Shown here: positions 1 through 9,021 of the stretch, one piece after another | How positions within the stretch are numbered: position 1 is the first letter of the stretch | Layout of the letters: the number at the start of each line of letters is the position of its first letter | From: Pedobacter sp. | GTDB lineage: Bacteria; Desulfobacterota; Desulfuromonadia; Desulfuromonadales; Syntrophotaleaceae | Direction: 5' to 3' | Length of the DNA: 64,000 bases | Assembly: GCA_050253415.1 (NCBI GenBank) | Contig: JBFWJC010000001.1 | Location: forward strand, 576,001-640,000 | Notes under the pieces: generated by a model | Databases searched by the model: none | What the model was told of the DNA's origin: nothing | What the model saw: the letters and a program-made list of their open reading frames with translations, nothing else | Position numbers and translations under genes: made by a program

Positions 1-476
1 TACAGATTGATAGCCCGGTCGACGCCGCCCAGGTCCTTCCAATTGGTGATCTTGCCGGCATAGATGGCCTGCACCTGAGCCGAAGTCAGGGTATGGACCG
101 GATTTTCAGGATTGACCACCGCGCCGACACCATCGATGGCCCACTTGAAAAGCACCAGGCCGTATTGCTCGATTTCCTGATCGGTGGCTTTGCGACCGGC
201 GTTGCCGATCTGCACCATCTTTTCACCGACCTGCTTGATGCCGACCCCGGAACCGCCTCCGGCAATGGTAATCTGGATATCGGGATGAGCCGACATCACC
301 TGCTTGGCGGCCTCCTTCATCACCGGGATATGAGCCGTGCCGCCGGAGATCTTGATCACGCCTTGCTGACCGATGAACAGATCGAGATCGTTGGCGAAAG
401 CGGGCAGTGCGGCCAGGCTGAAACAAAGCAGGCAGGCAAGAAATAGGAGGATGCTTTTTTTGAGGGTGGTAAACAT
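1..476 (-). CDS. PstS-like phosphate/oxyanion ABC transporter substrate-binding protein (partial, runs off window start)
   Basis: Not in ORF track because it is truncated. Manual translation from ATG 476 (RBS AAGGAG): MFTTLKKSILLFLACLLCFSLAALPAFA signal peptide, then ISGGTAH, IAGGGSGVGIK, AIDGVGAVVNPENP, IYAGKITNWKDLGG (PBP2/PstS motifs). Confidence 0.8.
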   Translation of the reverse strand, partial: MFTTLKKSILLFLACLLCFSLAALPAFANDLDLFIGQQGVIKISGGTAHIPVMKEAAKQVMSAHPDIQITIAGGGSGVGIKQVGEKMVQIGNAGRKATDQEIEQYGLVLFKWAIDGVGAVVNPENPVHTLTSAQVQAIYAGKITNWKDLGGVDRAINL

Positions 477-836
477 GTGAATCTCCTTGATTGCAATAGG
501 AAATGCAGGGGGCGCAGTGGTGTGAAAGTGCCCCGGACAAGATGGCTTTTCCGAATCGGTCCGAGGTGATGTGGCAGGCATGTGAGTTGGCCGGTGCCGC
601 AACGCCTGTGTTGGCTGCACTTTACTTGAATTGCCATGGAGGATTCAAGTCCTGGTTGGGAGTTTCTTTTGTTTTCGCGGTTTTTGGACGCTATTTAGTC
701 TTGGATAATGGCTTGATTTTTAGGTTGGGTTCGTTGCAAGGTTGCTTCGTTGTCATTCCGTGCACGTTTTGAGTCTATCTCTTGGTTTTAATGGATGCAC
801 TTTTGCGCGGATCAAATAAATAACCCAGGACTTTTT

Positions 837-3077
837 ATGGTTCCGCACATTCGCGACATCTGGTCCAAATTGTTTCAGCGCTCCCCGGTTTCGGCATCCG
901 ATGCACCCGGCAAGCTGGGCACTTTTGTTGGCGTTTTTACCCCGACCGTTCTGACCATCCTCGGGGTCATCATGTACCTGCGCTTCGGGTGGGTGATCGG
1001 GCATGTCGGTTTATGGCAGGCGCTGTTAATCGTGGTGCTGGCCAATACCATTACCTTTGTCACCGCCCTGAGCTTTTCCGCCGTGGCGACCAACAGCCGC
1101 GTCGGCGTGGGCGGTGCCTATTTTATTATTTCCCGCAGTCTGGGACTGGAAATCGGCGCTGCCATCGGTATCCCGCTGTTTTTTTCCCAGACCCTTTCGG
1201 TAACCCTGTATGCCTACGGTCTGGCGGAATCGCTGCGTTTCGTCTGGCCGGGGATACCTGTGCAGGCTGCGGCCTTTGTCATTATTCTGCTGGTGGGCGT
1301 TTTGGCTTTCCGTGGCGCCAGCGGGGCTTTGCGCCTGCAGGTACCCATTCTGCTGTTGATCGCAGTATCGCTGCTGGCACTGGCTGCGGGCAGCTTGCTG
1401 CATGGTAGCCCCGCTCGCCTGCTGACGTCGGCATCGTCCGGCGAGTTCAGTTTCTGGACGGTGTTTGCGGTGTTTTTTCCGGCGGTCACCGGCATCATGG
1501 CCGGTCTGAGTCTGTCCGGCGATTTGGCCAATTCGCGACGTTCCATCCCCCAGGGCACGGTTCTGGCTACACTCACCGGTTTTGCGGTCTATCTGCTGGT
1601 GCCGGTACTGTTGTGCCTGGGAGCCGCGCCGGCGGATTTGCGCAGCGATTCGCTGGTCTGGACCCGCATTGCTCTTTTCGGACCCTGGCTGATATTGCCG
1701 GGTCTCTGGGGTGCGATTTTCTCATCGGCGGTTGGTTCGATATTGGGGGCGCCCCGCACGCTTCAGGCACTGGCCATGGATCGCATGGCGCCGCGGCGAT
1801 TGGCCTCGCCGCGAGGGGAAGAACCGGTGGCCGGTCTTGTGGTTTCGCTGGTCATCGCTTTGGTGGCGGTATTCCTCGGCGACCTGAATACCGTGGCCGA
1901 GGTGGTGAGTATGTTTTTTCTCAGCGTCTATGGCACGGTCAATCTGGTGGCTACGCTGGAGAAGCTCTCCGGTAATCCGTCCTGGCGTCCTCAGGTGCAG
2001 ATTCCATGGTGGTTGAGTCTGGTCGGGGCTTTCGGCTGTATCGGCGTGATGGTGCTGATCAATGTGAAGGCCAGTCTGGTGGCCATGGCGGTGGTGCTTA
2101 TTCTCTGGCTGCTGCTGCGGCGCCATGAACGCCGTGAAGACTGGGGGGATGTGCGGCGTGATTTGTACGAAGCGGTTATTCGTTGGGCGCTGATCGGGCT
2201 TTCCCGCAGGCCCATGACGGCGCGCAACTGGCGACCGCATATCCTGGTTTTTGTCAGCAACATCGATCGGCGTCTGCCGCTGGTGCGCTATGCAGCCTGG
2301 TTCAGCCAGAATCGTGGCGTGGTGACGGCGTGCGAACTGGTGGTGGGAGATCTGCTGAACCTTGATCTGGATGTGCATGATCGCGAGCGGCAGATCGATG
2401 CGGTGCTTAGGCAGGAAGGGATCGTGGCTTTTGGCGAGGTCGACGTGGTGGCCAACATCGAACAAGGTATCCTGGCCGTAGCCCAGGCCAACGGCATCGC
2501 CGGTATTGAAAGCAATACCGTGATCCTCGGTTGGCCGAACGATCTGGAGCGTCTGTCTCATTTCCTGCGGGTCATTCGCCCTCTCAAGCATCTGAATCAG
2601 TCACTGCTTATCGGACGGGCCGAAGCCCTCGCCCCTTTACAGGAAGGTCAACGTCGCACTATCCATGTCTGGTGGGGTGGCCTGCAGCGCAACGGCGATT
2701 TAATGCTGCTGCTGGCCTATCTGTTGTCGCGCAATGCCGAGTGGCGCAACGCCCGGATCCGGGTGTTGAGTATCGCCTCCAACAAGTTGGCCGAAGAGCA
2801 GACCCGGCGGTTTCTCGCCAAACTGATACCGGAAATCCGTATCGACGCGGAAATCGAGGTCCTGATCAAGTCCGAAGAGAGCAGTGTGCGGGAGATGATC
2901 CATGCGGAAAGCTCCGGCGTTGACTTGGTCATTCTCGGCCTGGCGCTTCCTGAAGAGGGCAAGGAGGACGCTTACGCCGCACGCATCGCGGAATTGGCAG
3001 AAGGCCTCCCCTCATGCTTTTTTGTCCACAACGGCAGCCTGTTTATCGGCGAGTTGGTCTCACCCGGAATCGACTGA
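837..3077 (+). CDS. Cation-chloride cotransporter (SLC12/CCC)-like amino acid permease
   Basis: LGTFVGVFTPTVLTILGVIMYLR, GGAYFIISRSLG, FAVFFPAVTGIMAG, and a C-terminal cytoplasmic domain with NWRPHILV and IHVWWGG. Start may be 795 or 837. Confidence 0.85.
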   Translation: MVPHIRDIWSKLFQRSPVSASDAPGKLGTFVGVFTPTVLTILGVIMYLRFGWVIGHVGLWQALLIVVLANTITFVTALSFSAVATNSRVGVGGAYFIISRSLGLEIGAAIGIPLFFSQTLSVTLYAYGLAESLRFVWPGIPVQAAAFVIILLVGVLAFRGASGALRLQVPILLLIAVSLLALAAGSLLHGSPARLLTSASSGEFSFWTVFAVFFPAVTGIMAGLSLSGDLANSRRSIPQGTVLATLTGFAVYLLVPVLLCLGAAPADLRSDSLVWTRIALFGPWLILPGLWGAIFSSAVGSILGAPRTLQALAMDRMAPRRLASPRGEEPVAGLVVSLVIALVAVFLGDLNTVAEVVSMFFLSVYGTVNLVATLEKLSGNPSWRPQVQIPWWLSLVGAFGCIGVMVLINVKASLVAMAVVLILWLLLRRHERREDWGDVRRDLYEAVIRWALIGLSRRPMTARNWRPHILVFVSNIDRRLPLVRYAAWFSQNRGVVTACELVVGDLLNLDLDVHDRERQIDAVLRQEGIVAFGEVDVVANIEQGILAVAQANGIAGIESNTVILGWPNDLERLSHFLRVIRPLKHLNQSLLIGRAEALAPLQEGQRRTIHVWWGGLQRNGDLMLLLAYLLSRNAEWRNARIRVLSIASNKLAEEQTRRFLAKLIPEIRIDAEIEVLIKSEESSVREMIHAESSGVDLVILGLALPEEGKEDAYAARIAELAEGLPSCFFVHNGSLFIGELVSPGID

Positions 3078-3106
3078 GTTTCCCGTATATTGGGCGCTTT
3101 TTGATC

Positions 3107-3159
3107 CGATATAAGAAAAGCTCTACCGTTTTGACAGATGGTGGGGCTTTTTTATATCG
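3107..3159. terminator. Intrinsic terminator-like hairpin
   Basis: CGATATAAGAAAAGCTCTACC...GGTGGGGCTTTTTTATATCG inverted repeat with U tract after the CCC gene. Confidence 0.6.
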
Positions 3160-3306
3160 TTGAATACCGTGGTTGCGCATACAAGCACGATCATGGGGTT
3201 TGTGGTCCTTGTCTTTTCCTTTGTTGTCGTACAAAGTCTTGGATACGACATGTAAGTGGCCTAAGATGCGCCTCGAATGGAAAGCACCTTCGGGGCGTGG
3301 AGAGTT

Positions 3307-4203
3307 ATGACCAATTTTATTTTAATCGGTATTTTCGTTGGGCTCGGCCTTTTATTCCGCAGGCTGGAGGCCTTCCCCAAAGATTCGGCACAGGTGCTGA
3401 ACATGTTTGCACTGTATGTTTCGTTGCCGGCATTGATCTTATTGAAAATGCCGCAGTTGCATCTGGGCAGAGAAGCGCTTCTGGTGGCGGCGGTGCCTTG
3501 GGCCATGCTGGTGCTGTCGGTGGGATTGATTCTGCTGGCTGCGCGCAAATTCGGCTGGAGTCGCGCGAAAACCGGTGTGTTGCTGCTGGTCGTGCCGGTC
3601 GGTAATACCTCCTTCATGGGGGTGCCGATGGTGAACGCTTTTTTCGGTCCGAAGGGTATTCCATACCTGATTGTTTACGATCAGGTCGGCACCATGCTGA
3701 TTTTTGCCCTTTACGGGTCCTTGATCCTTGCGCTGTACGGTCGGGAGGGTAAGCTGCAGATCGCATCCATTGCCCGGCGCGCCTTGCTGTTCCCGCCGAG
3801 CATCGCGGTGGTGGTCGGGCTTGCCTTGCGTCCCTGGCCTTATCCCGAAATGGTGTCCTCGACGCTGCATGGTATTTCCCAGAGCCTGACGCCTCTGGTG
3901 ATGACCGCGATCGGTATGCAATTAAACTGGAGGTTGCAGCGAAGCGTATTCGGGCCATTAAGCTGCGGCCTGGTCATTAAGTTGCTGATTGCGCCGCTCT
4001 TGACACTGGCCGCCTGCAGACTGGCAGGCATGGACGGCCTGCATGTTGATATTGCGGTCTTCGAAGCCGGCATGCCGCCGATGGTTACCGCCGGTGCTTT
4101 GGCGGTGGTCGCCGGAATGGAGAGCGAACTGGCCATAGCTCTGGTAGGTTTGGGGATTGTCGTTTCTTTTGCAACGCTCCCAGTCGTATTTTATCTGCTG
4201 TAA
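3307..4203 (+). CDS. AEC family (auxin efflux carrier/malate permease-like) transporter
   Basis: About 10 TM segments; YVSLPALI, GNTSFMGVP, EAGMPP motifs. Confidence 0.85.
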   Translation: MTNFILIGIFVGLGLLFRRLEAFPKDSAQVLNMFALYVSLPALILLKMPQLHLGREALLVAAVPWAMLVLSVGLILLAARKFGWSRAKTGVLLLVVPVGNTSFMGVPMVNAFFGPKGIPYLIVYDQVGTMLIFALYGSLILALYGREGKLQIASIARRALLFPPSIAVVVGLALRPWPYPEMVSSTLHGISQSLTPLVMTAIGMQLNWRLQRSVFGPLSCGLVIKLLIAPLLTLAACRLAGMDGLHVDIAVFEAGMPPMVTAGALAVVAGMESELAIALVGLGIVVSFATLPVVFYLL

Positions 4204-4429
4204 TCGAACCTGCTCCGGCGAAAAAGTTGTCACAAAGTCCAGATATCCGGTTCGCCGGTAAAATGGGATTTGACATTCGCGGTTGGCGTTTTAATCTTGA
4301 GTGTGCAGGGTTATTCCGCAAGGGTGCGGTTCGTTATCGATGTCGGAAGTGTGGCGGTCAATGGCGATCTCCTTCTTCATTGAAGACAGTGGTGTCTAGC
4401 CGGAGTCCACTTTATTCAGGAGGTATCCC

Positions 4430-4834
4430 ATGGAGATGCGTTTTGAACCGTTTACCGAAAGTGACTGCGAACAATTAAAACAAGAAGTGACCGAACTCAT
4501 CGCACCCTTGGCCGACAAGTACGGAATTTGCCTCGACTTTGTTAAAGATGTTTGTTCCAGTGGTGCCGACAGTGTCACGATTCAGGCACGTTTTTCGTTG
4601 CCACAGCGGCCGGAATCGGTGGCCACCCTAAAAGAGGAACTGGATTTTCGCTGTTATGCCGAAGGCTTTGGTATGCAGCCTGCCTGGCTTGGAGAAGAAT
4701 TCAAACGCGGAAGGTTCACCTATAAGGTCGCCGGGTTGATGGTCAACGTCCCCAAAAAGTGCGTGGTGTTGCAACGCTCCGATGGGGCACGCTGTCAGCA
4801 AGACGGCAAATTGGTGGCACGCTATCTGAGTTAA
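4430..4834 (+). CDS. Hypothetical protein
   Basis: 134 aa ORF with strong RBS (CAGGAGGT), upstream TTGACA..TAATCT and a downstream terminator. Confidence 0.7.
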   Translation: MEMRFEPFTESDCEQLKQEVTELIAPLADKYGICLDFVKDVCSSGADSVTIQARFSLPQRPESVATLKEELDFRCYAEGFGMQPAWLGEEFKRGRFTYKVAGLMVNVPKKCVVLQRSDGARCQQDGKLVARYLS

Positions 4835-4852
4835 GTTAATCGGGGGAGGAAA

Positions 4853-4890
4853 ACAAAAAGGGCACCGTCCAGTGACGGTGCCCTTTTTGT
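4853..4890. terminator. Bidirectional intrinsic terminator
   Basis: ACAAAAAGGGCACCGTC-CAGT-GACGGTGCCCTTTTTGT. Confidence 0.8.
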
Positions 4891-5049
4891 ATAAATCTCC
4901 GCCGGGTTATATCCGGAAACGGACCTTTCCCGACCTCGACGTCGATGTTCCCCAATTCGGGTGTGGTGTAGAAGTCATTGTTTCTCAATAATTTCTTAAC
5001 ATTCGCCTGATAATTCTTTTCCAAACCCCTCATGGAAAGGACTTATCCC

Positions 5050-6378
5050 TTGGCGCGTAAAATATTTGTTCTCGACACCAATGTCCTTTTACACGATTCC
5101 CAATCGCTTTTATCTTTCCAGGATAACGAAGTTGTTATCCCTCTGGCTGTCATCGAGGAAATGGACCGGTTCAAAAAAGATGGTGGCGAGACCGGACGCA
5201 ATGCCCGGCAGGTGGCCCGTATTTTGGATTCCCTGCGGTTGCAGGGGGTGCTGACCAACGGTGGGGTAGCGCTGGAAAACGGCGGTCACCTCCGTGTGGT
5301 GTTTTCTGGATCCTTCCATAGTGAAAGTCTGCCGCTGGAACTGCGCACCCTGACCGTAGACAATCAGATCCTGGCACTCGCTCTGCATGAAAAGCAGCGC
5401 GAGCGTTACCCTGTCGTAGTGGTCACCAAGGATATCAATCTGAGAATAAAAGCTCATGCGGTGGGATTGCGGGCGGAAGATTATGCAACTGACAAGGTGT
5501 CTTATGACCACCTCTATGCGGGTTCTCTGGAAATCGATGTGGACGGTGATCTCGTCGACCGTTTTTACCAGGACAAGTGCATCCCCCCTCCAGTAGCAGG
5601 GCTTTTCCCTCACCAATGCGTGACGCTTCGCAACCGCGACAGTCATCAACACTCGGCTATCGGTCGTCTGGATCCGGGGGGGAGTCAGATTGTCCCCCTC
5701 TGTGAAAATCCCCATGAGGGGGTCTGGGGGATAGTGCCCCGTAACCGCGAACAGAAGTTTGCTCTTGGGCTTTTGATCGACCCGGGCATTCACCTCATCA
5801 CGCTGGTCGGTAAAGCGGGTACCGGTAAAACCCTGCTCGCCATCGCAGCGGGACTGCATTGTGTGACGGAAATGGAGCAATATAGCCGCCTTCTCGTCTC
5901 GCGACCGGTTTTTCCCATGGGGCGGGACCTTGGATTTTTGCCCGGAGATGTGGAGGAAAAACTTGCGCCCTGGATGCAACCGATTTACGACAACGTCGAT
6001 CTGCTGCTTCGGCAAGACAGACATAGCGTGAGTAAGAAAAAGTGCGGTCACCAGGAACTAAAGGAAATGGGTATCCTCGAGGTCGAGCCGCTGACCTATA
6101 TCCGGGGACGTTCCATCCCGCGTCAGTTCATTATTGTGGATGAGGCTCAAAACCTGACACCCCATGAAGTTAAAACCATTATTACTCGCGCAGGGGAAGG
6201 GGCCAAAGTGGTCCTCACCGGAGATCCGGAGCAGATCGACAACCCTTATATCGATGCTTCAAGCAATGGTTTGACCTATGTGGTGGAGCGCTTCAAGGAG
6301 AGCCCGATCAGCGGTCATGTCACCCTGTGCAAAGGGGAACGCTCGCAACTGGCAGAGGCGGCCAGCCATCTTCTTTGA
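5050..6378 (+). CDS. PIN domain-PhoH family ATPase (PhoH2-type)
   Basis: N-terminal PIN (FVLDTNVLLHD, VIEEMD, DNQIL, VTKDINLR); PhoH with GKAGTGKT, LGFLPG, YIRGRS, DEAQN, GDPEQID. TTG start at 5050 with RBS, alternative ATG 5032. Confidence 0.9.
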   Translation: MARKIFVLDTNVLLHDSQSLLSFQDNEVVIPLAVIEEMDRFKKDGGETGRNARQVARILDSLRLQGVLTNGGVALENGGHLRVVFSGSFHSESLPLELRTLTVDNQILALALHEKQRERYPVVVVTKDINLRIKAHAVGLRAEDYATDKVSYDHLYAGSLEIDVDGDLVDRFYQDKCIPPPVAGLFPHQCVTLRNRDSHQHSAIGRLDPGGSQIVPLCENPHEGVWGIVPRNREQKFALGLLIDPGIHLITLVGKAGTGKTLLAIAAGLHCVTEMEQYSRLLVSRPVFPMGRDLGFLPGDVEEKLAPWMQPIYDNVDLLLRQDRHSVSKKKCGHQELKEMGILEVEPLTYIRGRSIPRQFIIVDEAQNLTPHEVKTIITRAGEGAKVVLTGDPEQIDNPYIDASSNGLTYVVERFKESPISGHVTLCKGERSQLAEAASHLL

Positions 6379-6435
6379 GCCGCATTTTCCTGTTATGCTT
6401 GAAGTAAAGGTTTTCTTATGCGTTAAGGTTCTGAA

Positions 6436-7071
6436 ATGGCGACCTCCAAAAAATGCCGACGCTGCCACCAAACGTTACCTTTGGAAAAATTCGTGGATAA
6501 CAATGGCGACTTGAATCCAAGGGGGCATTATTGTCAAACGTGCCACCTGAAAAGGGTTGAGCAGTGGCATCGTGCGGCGCTGAAAAAAGAAAAGTCCTAC
6601 ATAAAAAAATTCAAAATCGTCTATGGAGCTTACTGGCGACATTATGCTTCGCCGGAATATTTTCACACCATGTTAAAAGACGAGAGGGACTTTTGTCCCT
6701 ATTGCGGTATTAAATTCTGTGATGTTATCCCTAATCCGTTCAACGAATCACCGATGCATATGGACCATATGGACCCCCTGGACAAAGGGGGCGAGCATTC
6801 CATAAGGAATGTGGTTTTTTGCTGCGGCCCCTGCAACATCAAAAAGGGAAAGCGGTCGTTTCAACAGTGGTTGGAAATGCTGGAGCCGGAATACAGAGAA
6901 TTGGCCCGTGCCATCTACGGCGAAAAACATGGTCATCCACCTGAGGACTTTATCGAGGGATGCAGTACCGAGCGAGGCATGTACGATCTGGAGATTGCCC
7001 TCTTCCAGACCGAAGAAGAGCTTAAACGGAAATTCCCCAAACCAAAAGTAGACGGTCCCCCTTCCGGCTAA
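6436..7071 (+). CDS. HNH endonuclease domain protein with N-terminal Zn finger
   Basis: CRRC...CQTC, then CPYC, HMDHMDPLDKGGEHSIRNVVFCCGPCNIKK (HNH motif). Confidence 0.8.
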   Translation: MATSKKCRRCHQTLPLEKFVDNNGDLNPRGHYCQTCHLKRVEQWHRAALKKEKSYIKKFKIVYGAYWRHYASPEYFHTMLKDERDFCPYCGIKFCDVIPNPFNESPMHMDHMDPLDKGGEHSIRNVVFCCGPCNIKKGKRSFQQWLEMLEPEYRELARAIYGEKHGHPPEDFIEGCSTERGMYDLEIALFQTEEELKRKFPKPKVDGPPSG

Positions 7072-7326
7072 CCATGCTGCAAAAGGAGCGCTGTCTTTGG
7101 ACCTCTCCCGCGGAACCTGTGAGCAGGGGTCGGTGTTGCTTTATGCCACTTACGCAGGCTTTTTTGACGAAAGTCTGACCTTTGATTCCTGTCTGAAACG
7201 GGTTCGCCTTCAAGGCCTGAAATGACTAAAAGCACAGGGCATCGGGATTTCGATGCGGAAAGCGATGCGAGTCAGAGAAAAAGCGGTGGTTGGAGTCCGA
7301 TTTAACAAAGTTTGGATCGTAAGATA

Positions 7327-7360
7327 AAAAGCCCCCCGTTTGGAATAACGGGGGGCTTTT
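7327..7360. terminator. Bidirectional intrinsic terminator
   Basis: AAAAGCCCCCCGTT...AACGGGGGGCTTTT between convergent genes. Confidence 0.8.
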
Positions 7361-7396
7361 CGTATGAGAGCCTTAATTTTCGGATCTGCCCGGTTT

Positions 7397-8722
7397 TCAG
7401 TCGGCTTTGCGTGATGCTTTTGCCAGCAGAGGTGAAATCAGATAAGTGGCGGCGGCTGCAAAGGCGATGATCAGCGGTGCCAGATAGTGATCGCGGCGCA
7501 CGCCCAACGCGAGCATGAACAGAAACGCGCCGAGCACCAGGACCCTGACGATCTTGGGTATTTTGGGCAGAACGGCGCGGCCGAAGTGCGGGTAGGGAAC
7601 GCGGGAAACCATCAGCAGGGAAGTGGTGACGACGAGGAGTCCGCAAGCCAGCTGATTGGGAATCAATACGCAGGTGGTTCCTGCCATCAAGGCGCCAGCC
7701 GGTGACGGCAGGCCGGAAAAGGTCGACACGCCACCGAGCACCCCCTCCTTGCGTTTTTCAACAACGAAGCGGATCAACCGGTAGATGACGGCAGTAAGGT
7801 AGCCCCCCCCGATGAGGAGACCTAGCCAGAGGCTTGAAAAGGTGACCATGATAATCAGCCCCACGGTCAGGCCGAAACTGGTGCCGTCAGCCACATCGTC
7901 GAATATTTCACCTTGCGGGGTGGACCCCCAGCGTTCCGCCGCCCGACCATCGAACAGGTCGAGAAACTGGCCAAGGAACACCAGACCCAGGGCATAGACC
8001 GGTGGTCCGCCGCTGAGCACCACCCAGCAACCGGCAAGGCCGCATACCAGGTTGAGGATGCTGAGAATGTTGGCGTACCAGTAGTTGGGGATGACCTTGA
8101 AAAAGGTCGAGCAAAACGCCAGCCCGGTGCAGATGGCGAGCAACGGATAAATGGAGCGTCCCAACAGCGGCAGCGGACCGTAGATCCACTCCAGCCCGAC
8201 CACGATCAGCAGTACCACCACCATAAAGGTCTTGGCTTTGCCGAACAGGTTGGCGGATTTTACGGTAATGAAGCGCCGCGACACCTGTCCGGTAATGTCA
8301 AAGGCCAGAAACAACCCGACCAGCAGGGGGCTGAGAACGCCGTACCATGCCAGATAAATCAGCATGGGGGCATACATGAGTTTGTCGGAGAGGGGATCGA
8401 TCGTTGCGCCCTCTTCGGTATGCAGGTCGCACTTGCGTGCGATATCGCCATCGGTGATGTCGGTGATCATCCAGAAGGTGAAAAACAGAAAGCATAGCTG
8501 GGCATAACCCATGTGCAACAGGGCAACCGAAACAAAACCCATGGGGTAGCGTGCCCGGCTGATGGCGTTGGGATGTAACCATTTGTGCCGGCGCACCCAT
8601 TCGGTTTGTGCAGGGGTGCGAAGGAAATAGTAGACGGCGAAGCGTTCCAGTCCCAGCATGAGAAAAACGGGGATGGCAATTTCAAACAGAATAGAGCTGT
8701 AAGGTATCATGGCGCCTTGCAT
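7397..8722 (-). CDS. Tandem two-domain CDP-alcohol phosphatidyltransferase (PgsA-like + PssA-like)
   Basis: Two CDP-AP motifs (DITDGDIAR..G...DPLSD and DLFDGRAAE..G...DDVAD) plus the PssA-type FSGLPSPAGA. Start 8722 or 8710. Confidence 0.8.
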   Translation of the reverse strand: MQGAMIPYSSILFEIAIPVFLMLGLERFAVYYFLRTPAQTEWVRRHKWLHPNAISRARYPMGFVSVALLHMGYAQLCFLFFTFWMITDITDGDIARKCDLHTEEGATIDPLSDKLMYAPMLIYLAWYGVLSPLLVGLFLAFDITGQVSRRFITVKSANLFGKAKTFMVVVLLIVVGLEWIYGPLPLLGRSIYPLLAICTGLAFCSTFFKVIPNYWYANILSILNLVCGLAGCWVVLSGGPPVYALGLVFLGQFLDLFDGRAAERWGSTPQGEIFDDVADGTSFGLTVGLIIMVTFSSLWLGLLIGGGYLTAVIYRLIRFVVEKRKEGVLGGVSTFSGLPSPAGALMAGTTCVLIPNQLACGLLVVTTSLLMVSRVPYPHFGRAVLPKIPKIVRVLVLGAFLFMLALGVRRDHYLAPLIIAFAAAATYLISPLLAKASRKAD

Positions 8723-9021
8723 CGCTAGAGGAATAAAAAATCGGGGTCAACGTTTTCCGGTGCAGTTATATATAACATTCTTGAGCCCGATAGCGGAGCT
8801 GAAAATTTTTTCGCCGGAAAACGGATCTTCGGCAACGGTGGTTTGTGCGGCCGGAATGGACGGTTGGTGACCACTGCCATTATCAAATATCAGAAGCGGA
8901 TATGCCATGGGTGGGGTGCCGGGCGAATGAGAAACAGGCCCGCGTGCAGTTGCGGCACGCGGGCCTGATAGTGGAAAGCCGGGGCTGGAATCGTGTTGCA
9001 TCGAGCCTGCCCCCAATCTGG

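Noticed and set aside
8765..8776. GTTATATATAAC palindrome as a ModE box
   Set aside because: No spacer between half sites and not near Mo genes; more likely overlaps a -10 region.
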